From a virus: a stretch of DNA of 64,000 bases. The position numbers and the translations under genes are program-made. The notes under the pieces were generated by a model. That model was not told where the DNA came from and ran no database searches. It was given only the letters and a program-made list of their open reading frames with translations. The stretch covers positions 21,818 to 85,817 of IMG/VR virus record IMGVR_UViG_3300006749_000011; one strand, given 5' to 3'. The first letter of the stretch is position 1. Every line of letters starts with the position of its first letter. Of this stretch, positions 48,543 to 58,777 are shown piece after piece.

Positions 48543-48738
48543 TTACACTTATAGAGTGAGAAAGAAAGACAATATAGACAGAGTTGTTAAGCGTTTTATC
48601 AAAAAATGTAAAAAACTTGGAATTATTGACGAAATAAAAGATCGTCAACATTATACAAAACCCTCTGAAAAGCGGAGAAGAGCAAAGGAAAGGGCAATTC
48701 GACGTAGGATAAAAGAAGAGAGAAAACGTAGAAAATAA
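48532..48738 (+). CDS. rpsU: Phage-encoded ribosomal protein bS21
   Basis: VRKKDNIDRVVKRFIKKCKKLGIIDEIKDRQHYTKPSEKRRRAKERAIRR matches the bS21 pattern. Confidence 0.9.
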   Translation: MANNYTYRVRKKDNIDRVVKRFIKKCKKLGIIDEIKDRQHYTKPSEKRRRAKERAIRRRIKEERKRRK

Positions 48739-48765
48739 ACTATTTAAATTAGTTTTGGAGTTAAT

Positions 48766-49125
48766 ATGGCAAATAATATATATGGAGTTGGTTTACACAA
48801 TGTTGGTTCATACCAAGTTGCTGGTAAACCTTATTTATCCGCTTCTCTTATTGAAGAAGAAGAGAAGGAGTTTGAGTTCCCTACTGTTACAAAAAAAATT
48901 ACATTAGAGAATACAGGCTCTAATGCTGCTTATTTTTATTTTGTTAGTTCGCCTAGCTTAAAAGCTAAGTTTGAATTACCAGCAGCAAAAAAAGTAGAAT
49001 TAGATGTAAAGTGTGCATCTATATATGTATCAGGCTCAACGCAAACCGGTGTTCAAATGTTTTGTGAATTAACTAATATTCCAAGTATAAGGATGTATTC
49101 TTTAACTGGATTGGATGGTGTATAA
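48766..49125 (+). CDS. Small virion protein, paralogue 1 of 3
   Basis: GLHNVGSYQVAGKP N-terminus; late motif at 48740..48746. Confidence 0.7.
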   Translation: MANNIYGVGLHNVGSYQVAGKPYLSASLIEEEEKEFEFPTVTKKITLENTGSNAAYFYFVSSPSLKAKFELPAAKKVELDVKCASIYVSGSTQTGVQMFCELTNIPSIRMYSLTGLDGV

Positions 49126-49490
49126 TGGCGAGTAATATTTATAGTGTTGGAATTAATAATGTAGGCTCTTATCAAGTTTCTGGTAGACCTTTTTGTGCTA
49201 CTGGTTCTTTGTTAGAGGGAACAGAGAGTATTGATTTTCCAATGATAACAAAAGAAATTTTAGTTTTAAACTTATCAGGCTCTAATGATTTAGATGTGTA
49301 TTTTCACACAGGTAGTATGGACTCAAATAAGTATACAATCTCTGGTGGAGAACAGTACACGTTTTCTGTTAAGTGTAAGGAAGTTTTTCTAAGTGCTTCA
49401 TCTGGTACCGACTATTCTTTATATGCATCATTAACTCAAATAACCTCTAGTCATATGTTTCACATGACAGGTAGCGGTGTTACGGAGTAA
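49125..49490 (+). CDS. Small virion protein, paralogue 2 of 3
   Basis: GINNVGSYQVSGRP...MTGSGVTE. Confidence 0.7.
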   Translation: MASNIYSVGINNVGSYQVSGRPFCATGSLLEGTESIDFPMITKEILVLNLSGSNDLDVYFHTGSMDSNKYTISGGEQYTFSVKCKEVFLSASSGTDYSLYASLTQITSSHMFHMTGSGVTE

Positions 49491-49492
49491 TA

Positions 49493-50593
49493 ATGAGTGA
49501 TAAATTTAGATATACAGCAGGATTAAACAATGTAGGGTCTTACCAAGTTTCTGGTAAAACCTTCATAACTGCATCTACTGTTAATGACGGTGAAGAAGAC
49601 CAGATTGAATTTCCTGATGTGACGAATAACATCAAGGTTAAATTAGACTCTGCTGGTGGTGTTATAAAGAAAACATATGCTATTAATGGACAATTTCAAT
49701 TAAGAGATAACAGTCTCACTTCACCTAATAATTATCAAAATATAACCTTTGTTATGTGGTTAAAAGTTAATAAGATTGCACCCAATGCAGAATATATGAC
49801 AACAACTCCAATTAGATTACTTTTTAAACCAAATAACAACAGAATTACTCTCAGATGTAAAGATGCTGATGATGCTTTTCCAAATGTCTCCTTTCAAGAT
49901 ATTGATGTTAGTAACGTTCATCATTATGTTCTAACACTAGATCATGACGTAGAAGCAAAGCTTTATGTAGATGGAGTGCTCAAAGCGACAATAGATTTAT
50001 CATCTGTCAATAGTGTAACAACTGCTGCCTCTGTCTTTTCATTAGGTTCTGCTGGTAATGATACTGGATTAGAAATAACTGAAGCTGCAATTTTTGATAC
50101 TACTTTTAACCCAACACAAGTTCAGGAAGCATATAATTCAGGAAATTATTTTGATTTAACAAACCACTCTCAAAACGCTTCTTTATCTCACTATTGGTTA
50201 TTTGGAGATAGTGATGGTGATACTTTTGACAATAACCCTAGTGGCCTAGGTACAAATATACAAGCTACTGTTGTTGATACAATAGGTAGTGATGACCTCA
50301 TTGCTTTGTCCCAAGACGGTGATGATGAGATTGCTGAAGGAACACACACATTTGGCGGTGGTGGAGGAGAATTAAGAATCCATTACAGGTCAAAAGACTA
50401 CAACAATGTAATATCACAAAAACATTATTGGACACTTGACTCTCAATATGAGTCAATAAAAATGAATGTAAAATCAAAAGAATTATATCTTTCAGCAGAT
50501 GGAGGAAATTGTGATTATTCAATATCTGCGGAACTAACAAACATACCAACTTCAAGTATGTTTCAACATACAGGATCAGGGGTTGATGAATAA
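49493..50593 (+). CDS. Paralogue 3 of 3 with inserted LamG-like domain
   Basis: GLNNVGSYQVSGKT...HTGSGVDE; internal TFVMWLK...HHYVLT...KLYVDG. Confidence 0.7.
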   Translation: MSDKFRYTAGLNNVGSYQVSGKTFITASTVNDGEEDQIEFPDVTNNIKVKLDSAGGVIKKTYAINGQFQLRDNSLTSPNNYQNITFVMWLKVNKIAPNAEYMTTTPIRLLFKPNNNRITLRCKDADDAFPNVSFQDIDVSNVHHYVLTLDHDVEAKLYVDGVLKATIDLSSVNSVTTAASVFSLGSAGNDTGLEITEAAIFDTTFNPTQVQEAYNSGNYFDLTNHSQNASLSHYWLFGDSDGDTFDNNPSGLGTNIQATVVDTIGSDDLIALSQDGDDEIAEGTHTFGGGGGELRIHYRSKDYNNVISQKHYWTLDSQYESIKMNVKSKELYLSADGGNCDYSISAELTNIPTSSMFQHTGSGVDE

Positions 50594-53500
50594 TGAGCAA
50601 GTTTGGATGGGCACATGTTGAAGGAACGCATGCCAAGGGTGTATCAGGTTCTGTTCAATACAAAGATGGTGAGTTACAGACTTTAACAGGTTCTGAAAGA
50701 TTTGTTTTTAGAGAAGAAGCGGGTCTTTTTGTAACTGGTAATGTGGCCATCTCAGGTACCCTTATAGCTAATGAGTATAGGATAAATGTTGTTGAAGAAA
50801 CAGTAACAAACTTGTTTTCTGAAGGTTCTACAAAATTTGGCAATACAGCAGATGACACACACCAGTTTACAGGTTCTGTATTTTTTGGCAATTCTACTCT
50901 TAATTTATCGTCATCTGGTGTATCTAATCTAATTTATTCAATGAGTACAGATACCTATAACCTTATTCCAGCTGCTAGTAGAGGAGATGTTACAGTTGAT
51001 AATGGTAAGTACTACCTATCTTCTAGTAACGCAGCTCAAAGAGGTCTTTTGAATTTAACTGTTGGTAACAATACTATTGCAGGACTTGCTAGTCTTGATA
51101 GGATTGTTAATCCTGCTTTAATTGTTTCAGGTGCCTCTGTGTTTAACGACCCATTGGCAATTAAGGGTGGTATTTATGGTGCCTCACCTGTTAATATCTA
51201 TGCTCCTCTTTTATTTAGGCGTGATGACTTAGGTGATACTGAAGTTCCTGATGAAGAAATGAAAATTGAAAAAGGTAAATTTGTTGGTAACCTTATCCTT
51301 TCTTCTTCAAATGATGACCATGGGTTATTTATTCAAGGTGCTGGTAGAATTGTAATGAACTCTTTGCAAAATATTAGTGGTACTAATGCTTCTGATGCCG
51401 AACCTGCTCCTGAAATTCTTATGGTTAATAATACACCCGGTCAATTTTCCAAACCAATATTAGATATGAGAAATTTGAACGATGTAAATGTCGATGAACA
51501 TCAATTCTTTTTAACCAGAAGGCATGGTGATTCAAGATTTCACGCAGGTGAAATGAGATTTAGATTAGAACTACCCGTTTTGACTGGTTCCAACTCAGCA
51601 TCAGCTTCGAACTATGAAACTGTTAATTACGATATTTCTAGAGTTTTAATCCAATCAGATCCAAGAAGAAACTCTCATTTATTTTTTATTCAAACTTTAG
51701 AGGCAAACATAGACCCTGAGTATGAAGACCTAGATGCTAACAATTCTTCTGATAGAGACATTTCGGGTAGTGCAAAACCAATTATTCATCCTGATAGTTC
51801 TCTTTATACTGCTTCCACAGACAACTATAGTGGTAACTTATTTAATGTTTTTTCAGCTGGTTCTTTTGCATCACCAGGCCAAGGTAACATCTATGGTGTC
51901 AAAAGAGGAATAACGGTTTTTGGCAATATTCTACCAACCACTCACAGCCTAGATACTTCAGGTTTAACTAAAGTTCAAATTTCTGCTTCGGAATGTACAA
52001 TTGGTCACCCAGTTGCTAGATGGGGTGATTTTTATATTCATGATGACAGATATATAAGATGGGGACAAACAGCAGGATTAACAGCAAAAGTTGCACCATC
52101 ATTTAAAAATTATTATAAATCTAATCCTTTAACAGCTTCTGCTAGAAATGATTCTGGTTCTGTAATGCTTGGATACAATGCTACATCTACTTTCCTAGAG
52201 CTAACTGGTGGAGCGATGTTTTTTGACGATGGCTTAAATGTTACTGCGTCTGGTTACGTAAATTTTGGAACAACAAAAGGCACTGGTGGGTATGGTTTGA
52301 GAGATAACTCTGGTACACTTCAATTTAAAAACTCTGGAGGTGATTGGGCTGATCTTGGTTCTGGTGGTGGAAGTGGAGAAATAGGAGATGCTGAGGATGG
52401 AGACTATGACGACGGATTGTTTACAGATTTTGAAACATCAACACCTATAGGAACACCGATTGATAGATTTAATGAAGTGTTAAAAATTCTTGCGCCATCT
52501 CCTGCTCCTGCTCTGAGTAGAATTAATTATGGTGATGTTCCTAACGGGGCCTCTGCTAAATTATCATTTGACTCTACAAATACTATAACTAACTACACAG
52601 CTTCATCAACAGCTGCGGGTTTTTCTGCTGTTACTAGAAATAATATATATCAAGCTGCCACTAGTGGTAATAATTTTAGACTTGGTGTGTATGATGGCTC
52701 ACAAGAAATAACAGGTACTTTAAACTTTACCACAGGGCCATCTATTACTAATGGATATGTTGCTTTTGCTTCGGGAGCATTTGGAAATGCTGAGACAGGT
52801 TCTTTAAAACTAGAATTGAATGGTACAGTTATACACGAAGTTGTTTTGACAGGCGCAGTAGGTGCTGGTAATCCTGCAACAGGGTCAGCTACTTCTTTAA
52901 CTAATGGCTCAGGTTTTACACACTTATCTGTGACAGCTTCTTCTTTTGATGGCAACAATTCAGAATGGCATATATTTAAACATAGAACAGCCAAGTACAA
53001 AATAGAAGCAAATGATCAAAAAATAGGCTGGAATTATTTAAGGGTTATACATACAATTGCATCTACAAATAATGCGACTAACTATGTTGAATGGATAAAC
53101 GATCCTGATGGACCTTTGGCAGCACTCTCTGTCTCTTTGCCAAGAATAGATGAAGTAAATCTTGTTGGATCAAAATACCTATCAGGTGTTCAATATAACA
53201 CAGACTTAACTGCTAAGTACAAAGCAGATATAAACAATATGTATAAAAATGTTTATCCGTCCACAGCTGATACGATAACTTTTAATGAAACAAATTGTGA
53301 TAATATCACAGCACAATCAGTACCAGCTATCTCTACCAATGAAAATCAAATAGTGCCTATCACTGGTGCTGTTAATAATAATCAAAATCTGCTGCTAGAT
53401 GGAACAATAACTGTGTCTTTAGACGCCACACATCCATTAAAATCTAATCTTTCGAGCACGGGCTCAGCCTCTATTACTGGTATGTTAATTGATAATGACT

Positions 53501-55908
53501 CAAGCAGTCCTAATTCAAATCATTTGGAAACCTTTATTGATGAGGATTTTAGAATTGCTTCTGCTTCTTACACCTCTCAAGCTAATCTAACTGGTAGTGC
53601 TTGGAATTCACAAACTCATATGACAGGGTCGAATGTTGATGGTCACCAAGATGGTCTTATATTTTTTAACAGAAGAGTGTATAGTCCTAAGTTTGATGAC
53701 ATGCCCGGAGCTAGTAATGATTATGGTAATTTTACCAGTCTAGCTAACGTTAGTGCAGGACAACCAGATTATTCTGATGTTTCAGGTTTAAGAACATTTT
53801 ATAGAAAAATTCAAAATACCGGCTCAGCAGCTAGAGATATAAAAATTGTTATGGAAAAAAATAAAAGTAACTCTAGAGGACAATCGCCTGATCCAAATGA
53901 TATAAACATGTTTGTTAAAATTCCTGGAAAAACTGGTTGGATGACAGCAGGTAACCATGGAACCTTCACGTATGGTAGCGTTTTAGATGGGCACCATGCT
54001 TTAATAAATGGAGCTGATAACAATTCTAATATTAATTCAGCGCAAGCTGTTACTTCTTCTATGTGTTTAACATTTGGCACTGCTAGTGTAGCTACAGGTG
54101 ATTTTATATTATTTAAATTGGTTGCTAATAGTACATGGGATGGCTATATGACTAACCTTATGTTCCAAGTTGGAGCAACAAACGCATCAGCGCCAACAGA
54201 ATCTGATGCACTCGACAATATTGATTTAGATGATACAGCAGGTGAAACTGCCAAGCTGTCTTTTGGAACATCAAATGTTTTAGGTGGCTATACAAGTGTT
54301 GCAGGTGGAAAAGGTTCCATGGGTGCTGTAAACTCTAATGGAGTTTATACTGACAACAATAGTACAAATCGTGGAGTATTTAAAACAATTGAGGTTATGG
54401 GTGGTACTTTAAATGAAGATGTTAGTGCTAGTGGAACAAACTTTACTGCTAATTCATTTAAAAATGCCTATACTGGTTCTCTTTTACTAATCGTTAATGA
54501 CACAACAGCTAGTACTCTTAGTTTAGCAAATCTTGATGCAAACAATAATCTATCTTCAGACACAGGGTTTAGTGTTGGAACTGTTGGTTTCTCAACTACA
54601 ACTGATGGTATACCTGATTACACCAAGACATATAGGACAGGGACATATAGCATTGGAACCGGTCAGCAAAGATCTGGTTGGAATTATGCTAGAGTATTAC
54701 ATAGAATCGGAGGAACAGACACAGTTACTAATTATGTACAATGGGTAGTTGATACATCTGGTTCCTCTGATGATACTAGTATTACCGGAACTGAGTTGTC
54801 AAACTTTGGACATACTAGTATATACTACCAATCAGGAATTGGATATTTTGCGGCCAACCCAACAGGTAGCTACACTTGCCTAGGGTCTAATTTTTACAAA
54901 AATGTATATCAAAATGGAACAGCTATAACTTTTCCAACCACGACTGGCTGTACTGTTTCTAATATACGTATTGCTGGGACTGGTGTAACAACATTTAATT
55001 CTGCTGTTTCTTCTGCTGATATGCCGGCACTAAACAACAGTGCTAATTGTGAAAGCACTACTATAGAATTAACTGGTACTATAACGTACAATAGTTCTTC
55101 AACTTCATTAAGTGGAGGCCTAGGTTTATTCGACCCACCAGCCTCTATTACCACAAGAACTCAAATAAATCACCCTTTAAAATCTAATAGACAAGGTTCG
55201 TTAGAAACAAAAAATTATTTTTTAAGACACAGTGGTACTATTGGGAGCACGAACTTGAATACTTTAGAACATTTTGGTTTAGAGACCTATAGAGTTGTAT
55301 CTGGTAATTATGCTTCACAAGCTGACGCTACCGGCTCTTCAAATGCTTGGAGTTCATCCACTCAAATGAATAATGGCGGTACACACGATGATGGTATGGT
55401 AACAATTAATGGTTATTTAATTTCTCCAAAGCAAATAGGAAACTCTGGAGACACTAGAAACACAACCTTTCAAGCACCAGATGGCAATCCAAACTATTCT
55501 TCTCTTACTAATGCCACTAGAACGTATTACAGATATTTTAAGAACAACTCAGGTGGTAGTTCTACTTCTATTGACATTACTCTACACGGTTCTGGTTCTT
55601 TAGTTAAAAAATCTTTAAATCTTGCTGATAATAATGGTTATTTTTATTTAGAAGCAAAAATTCCGGGTACAACAGCATGGCTAGATGTTGGAAAATCTTT
55701 AGGATCTGCTAATCCTCTAGTTGATGGCTCAGGTGCAGGTACTGGTTTTGCTGCTGGTAATCCACCAAAAGATATTGCAACTGGTGGTACAACTATAGGT
55801 TGTAACTTTAATGGATTGGGTCTGGCCTCAAATGATAATGTTTTATTAAAGATATCTGCTCATAAAGACTGGGTTGGTTATATTAACAGAATAACAATAG
55901 GGTATTAG
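50593..55908 (+). CDS. Large virion fibre/appendage protein with tandem ~560-aa duplication
   Basis: GSTKFGNTADDTHQFTGS fibre-like N-terminus; two copies of AKLSF...GWNYxRVxH...TNYVxW. Confidence 0.65.
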   Translation: MSKFGWAHVEGTHAKGVSGSVQYKDGELQTLTGSERFVFREEAGLFVTGNVAISGTLIANEYRINVVEETVTNLFSEGSTKFGNTADDTHQFTGSVFFGNSTLNLSSSGVSNLIYSMSTDTYNLIPAASRGDVTVDNGKYYLSSSNAAQRGLLNLTVGNNTIAGLASLDRIVNPALIVSGASVFNDPLAIKGGIYGASPVNIYAPLLFRRDDLGDTEVPDEEMKIEKGKFVGNLILSSSNDDHGLFIQGAGRIVMNSLQNISGTNASDAEPAPEILMVNNTPGQFSKPILDMRNLNDVNVDEHQFFLTRRHGDSRFHAGEMRFRLELPVLTGSNSASASNYETVNYDISRVLIQSDPRRNSHLFFIQTLEANIDPEYEDLDANNSSDRDISGSAKPIIHPDSSLYTASTDNYSGNLFNVFSAGSFASPGQGNIYGVKRGITVFGNILPTTHSLDTSGLTKVQISASECTIGHPVARWGDFYIHDDRYIRWGQTAGLTAKVAPSFKNYYKSNPLTASARNDSGSVMLGYNATSTFLELTGGAMFFDDGLNVTASGYVNFGTTKGTGGYGLRDNSGTLQFKNSGGDWADLGSGGGSGEIGDAEDGDYDDGLFTDFETSTPIGTPIDRFNEVLKILAPSPAPALSRINYGDVPNGASAKLSFDSTNTITNYTASSTAAGFSAVTRNNIYQAATSGNNFRLGVYDGSQEITGTLNFTTGPSITNGYVAFASGAFGNAETGSLKLELNGTVIHEVVLTGAVGAGNPATGSATSLTNGSGFTHLSVTASSFDGNNSEWHIFKHRTAKYKIEANDQKIGWNYLRVIHTIASTNNATNYVEWINDPDGPLAALSVSLPRIDEVNLVGSKYLSGVQYNTDLTAKYKADINNMYKNVYPSTADTITFNETNCDNITAQSVPAISTNENQIVPITGAVNNNQNLLLDGTITVSLDATHPLKSNLSSTGSASITGMLIDNDSSSPNSNHLETFIDEDFRIASASYTSQANLTGSAWNSQTHMTGSNVDGHQDGLIFFNRRVYSPKFDDMPGASNDYGNFTSLANVSAGQPDYSDVSGLRTFYRKIQNTGSAARDIKIVMEKNKSNSRGQSPDPNDINMFVKIPGKTGWMTAGNHGTFTYGSVLDGHHALINGADNNSNINSAQAVTSSMCLTFGTASVATGDFILFKLVANSTWDGYMTNLMFQVGATNASAPTESDALDNIDLDDTAGETAKLSFGTSNVLGGYTSVAGGKGSMGAVNSNGVYTDNNSTNRGVFKTIEVMGGTLNEDVSASGTNFTANSFKNAYTGSLLLIVNDTTASTLSLANLDANNNLSSDTGFSVGTVGFSTTTDGIPDYTKTYRTGTYSIGTGQQRSGWNYARVLHRIGGTDTVTNYVQWVVDTSGSSDDTSITGTELSNFGHTSIYYQSGIGYFAANPTGSYTCLGSNFYKNVYQNGTAITFPTTTGCTVSNIRIAGTGVTTFNSAVSSADMPALNNSANCESTTIELTGTITYNSSSTSLSGGLGLFDPPASITTRTQINHPLKSNRQGSLETKNYFLRHSGTIGSTNLNTLEHFGLETYRVVSGNYASQADATGSSNAWSSSTQMNNGGTHDDGMVTINGYLISPKQIGNSGDTRNTTFQAPDGNPNYSSLTNATRTYYRYFKNNSGGSSTSIDITLHGSGSLVKKSLNLADNNGYFYLEAKIPGTTAWLDVGKSLGSANPLVDGSGAGTGFAAGNPPKDIATGGTTIGCNFNGLGLASNDNVLLKISAHKDWVGYINRITIGY

Positions 55909-55916
55909 GAGAAAAA

Positions 55917-56960
55917 ATGGCATCACCAGGTACAGGATCAACAAACCAATCTTTAACTTTTGCAGCCTCAAAAAGGGTGTACGGTAAGGCACATACTTCT
56001 AATAAAAGAGAAATATATGATGAATCTATACCATCAAATGTTCAATTAAAGACTAGTTTTATTTTTGGTGAATCTATACCCGAATCACCTATAACATCTT
56101 CAAAAACTGATGATGATACTTTTCAAAATGCAGAATTATATAATAGATTTAGTGCATCAGTTGGTAGTCCTGAAACAGTAGAATTTGTTGAATTTTACAT
56201 TCAAAATATAAACTTTACGGACTATGATGCAAACGATGGTTCATTCGGTGATGTTGGGTTTGGTGGTGGAGACGAAGCAACTGTTTCTGGTTTTCATGGG
56301 TACCAATTGGTATTGACTAGTAGTTATGAAACACTATCATCTGGAAGTTATAATGGCACTGCTCCTTTTGTTAATAATCAAATAGTTCATCAATCAAATG
56401 GTGCTTTACAATTAGTTGGTCCACTGTTTGGCTCACAGACAGCAAATCAGTATGAGCTGGAGCTTTATACTGCCAATCCTAGTAATGGTGGTCTTAAAAT
56501 AGCAAAAACAAGTCCAGCTGAAATACTCATTGACTACTTTAATGGTACACTCTTTATTCAAGATTTTATTTCTAGTGAAATTCCAACTTATGCTAGAGGT
56601 TTTATATATATTGGTAAGTTTGCCGATGAAGTTATCACCGAAGCCTCCTCATCAGGAGGTGGAGATATATCTTATGGCAGAACAGCTGTTACTTCAACAA
56701 TAACTGCTTCAACATCAGCAAAGATACTAGGTGTTTCTGCTTCTGCTGCACTAGATATAAGACTACCAGCAGCATCTGGGTTCTCAGCAGGTCAGTACTT
56801 TACTGTTAAAGATGAAGCTGGGAACGCAAACACAAATAACATAACTATAAAAACAACCGGTGCAGATGAAATAGATGGTGAAACGTCGATTATACTAGAA
56901 TCGCCCTACGCCGCAGTAAACATTTACTCAGATGGTTCTTCAAAATTCTTTATTTATTAG
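55917..56960 (+). CDS. Virion structural protein
   Basis: C-terminal LPAAS...GQYFTVKDEAG...IDGETSIILES domain shared with the next gene. Confidence 0.6.
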   Translation: MASPGTGSTNQSLTFAASKRVYGKAHTSNKREIYDESIPSNVQLKTSFIFGESIPESPITSSKTDDDTFQNAELYNRFSASVGSPETVEFVEFYIQNINFTDYDANDGSFGDVGFGGGDEATVSGFHGYQLVLTSSYETLSSGSYNGTAPFVNNQIVHQSNGALQLVGPLFGSQTANQYELELYTANPSNGGLKIAKTSPAEILIDYFNGTLFIQDFISSEIPTYARGFIYIGKFADEVITEASSSGGGDISYGRTAVTSTITASTSAKILGVSASAALDIRLPAASGFSAGQYFTVKDEAGNANTNNITIKTTGADEIDGETSIILESPYAAVNIYSDGSSKFFIY

Positions 56961-57047
56961 GTCGATAGAAAATCTAGATTCTATTTAATTCTCGAGACAC
57001 CTAATGTGTCTTGTTTTATGTACATATTATTCATGGAGGATTAAAAT

Positions 57048-58691
57048 ATGGCTTATAAATTTCAAAGAGGAGCTGCTACTTTAAGCGGTTCTATTAAAGC
57101 TGAAGATGGTCTTGACGCCAATTCAGCAGGTTTTGCTGGTGCCGGTGCGATTGCAGGTGCTAGTTCTATTGATGGTACTGGTGATCTTACAATGGGCACT
57201 ATTACTATGTCAGGTTTTACTGTTGATGCAGATGGTGACATGACCTGTAAATCAATTGTTATTCCTGATGACGCAACTATTGGTGCTGTTGGTGATACTG
57301 ACATGATTACTTTAGATGCCGGTGCAGATGTTACTTTTGCTAATGATCTTAATGTTGTCGTTAGTAAAGCTGGTGGTCTTAATTTAGCTGATGGTGCTGT
57401 AACTTCAACTGCTGCTGAGCTTAACTTGCTTGATGGTGCTGTATCTGCAAACAATTCTAATGGTGTAAGAGCTGCTATTCTAGACGCATCTAACAATCTT
57501 ACTATCGCTGGTAACTTAACTGTTAGTGGAACAACCACAACAGTTGACACAACTAACTTATTAGTCAAAGACAAACTTATTACTATTAACGACGGTGGCT
57601 CAGCTGCATCTGCTGGTGGTGCTGGTATTGAATTTGAAGAAGATGGTTCGGCCACAGGTTTTATCAAAACTTCTTCTGATAGAGCTGAGTTTGAATTACA
57701 AGCTCCTGCAAACAACAACACTTTAACCATCGACATGGACGCTGCTGGTGAAATCGAATTTGGTGCTGCTAAAAAACTTACTGTTGCTGGTAACTTCAAC
57801 ATTGATGCTGACATCAGTTCAACTGCTGCTGAAATCAACTTGGTTGATGGTTCTTCTGCTGGAACTATTGTTAACAGTAAAGCTGTTATTTATGGTTCAA
57901 GTGGTGAAGTAAATGCTACAACACTTCAAATTGGTGGAACTTCTATTAATGCTACTGCTGCTGAAATTAATTTGATTGATGGTGGTACTGCTAGAACAAC
58001 AAATATTCCTGCTGATGGTGATGGTTTTTTGCATAACAATAATGGCACTATGGAAATGACTACTGTTGACAAAATGGCAGAGTATGTGTTTTCAAAAGTT
58101 ACAGGTGGAGATGCTACTATTGCTTCTAACGGTTCTTTAACTCTTGCGGCTGATTCTGTCGAATCAGCAATGATTAATGACAATGCTATTTCTGGACAAG
58201 TCGAGTTGGCTTCAAGTAGTGATTTGGATGATGCTGATGATTTAATGATTCATGATTCTAATGCTACTGCAAATGCTAGAATCAAGAGAGTTGGTCTTGA
58301 CACTCTTAAGACTTTCTTCCAAACTGGTGTAACTGCTGATACTGCTGGTGGTTTTTCCTACAGCACTTTTGACGTAACATCTTCAGCTATTGCTAATGCA
58401 GCTGGGTCTCCAGGTTTTTTTGTTGCTTCTGGTTCCAACGCTGCTAGTCCTTTGTCAGCTTCTGTTAGTACTACTCTTCACTTATCTGGTGGAAATGCTT
58501 TAGGAGATAATGAATGGGCTAATGGTATGATTGTTTACTTAAAAGCACCTTCAAATGCTTCTAGCTTCAATTTAACTATCGTAGCTTCTGGTTCTGAAAG
58601 AATCGACGGTGAACAACAAATTGTATTAGAATCTGATAATGCTGCTGTTACTCTTTTAAGATGTCACAATAGTAGATGGTCTATCGTATAA
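57048..58691 (+). CDS. Ala/Gly/Asp-rich fibre protein
   Basis: GGAGG RBS; three (S/A)TAAE(L/I)NL(L/V/I)DG repeats; GNLTVSGTTTTVDT; C-terminal IDGEQQIVLES domain. Confidence 0.7.
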   Translation: MAYKFQRGAATLSGSIKAEDGLDANSAGFAGAGAIAGASSIDGTGDLTMGTITMSGFTVDADGDMTCKSIVIPDDATIGAVGDTDMITLDAGADVTFANDLNVVVSKAGGLNLADGAVTSTAAELNLLDGAVSANNSNGVRAAILDASNNLTIAGNLTVSGTTTTVDTTNLLVKDKLITINDGGSAASAGGAGIEFEEDGSATGFIKTSSDRAEFELQAPANNNTLTIDMDAAGEIEFGAAKKLTVAGNFNIDADISSTAAEINLVDGSSAGTIVNSKAVIYGSSGEVNATTLQIGGTSINATAAEINLIDGGTARTTNIPADGDGFLHNNNGTMEMTTVDKMAEYVFSKVTGGDATIASNGSLTLAADSVESAMINDNAISGQVELASSSDLDDADDLMIHDSNATANARIKRVGLDTLKTFFQTGVTADTAGGFSYSTFDVTSSAIANAAGSPGFFVASGSNAASPLSASVSTTLHLSGGNALGDNEWANGMIVYLKAPSNASSFNLTIVASGSERIDGEQQIVLESDNAAVTLLRCHNSRWSIV

Positions 58692-58726
58692 TTTATTAAT
58701 AAGATTATTATCTTTGCTCTTAAAAG

Positions 58727-58753
58727 AAGACCGGACTTTTGTTCGGTCTTTTT
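58727..58753 (+). terminator. Intrinsic terminator
   Basis: AAGACCGGAC-TTTT-GTTCGGTCTT then TTT. Confidence 0.8.
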
Positions 58754-58777
58754 CTATTTATTGAAAAGGAGAACATT

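Noticed and set aside
56993-57013. Hairpin CGAGACAC-CTAAT-GTGTCTTG as a separate ncRNA
   Set aside because: A single short stem just after a late motif; most simply a 5' stabilising hairpin or weak terminator
57062-57838. 258-aa minus-strand ORF and the many other minus-strand ORFs in the track
   Set aside because: Antisense shadows of + strand genes caused by codon bias; no RBS or motifs, and fully nested in well-supported genes
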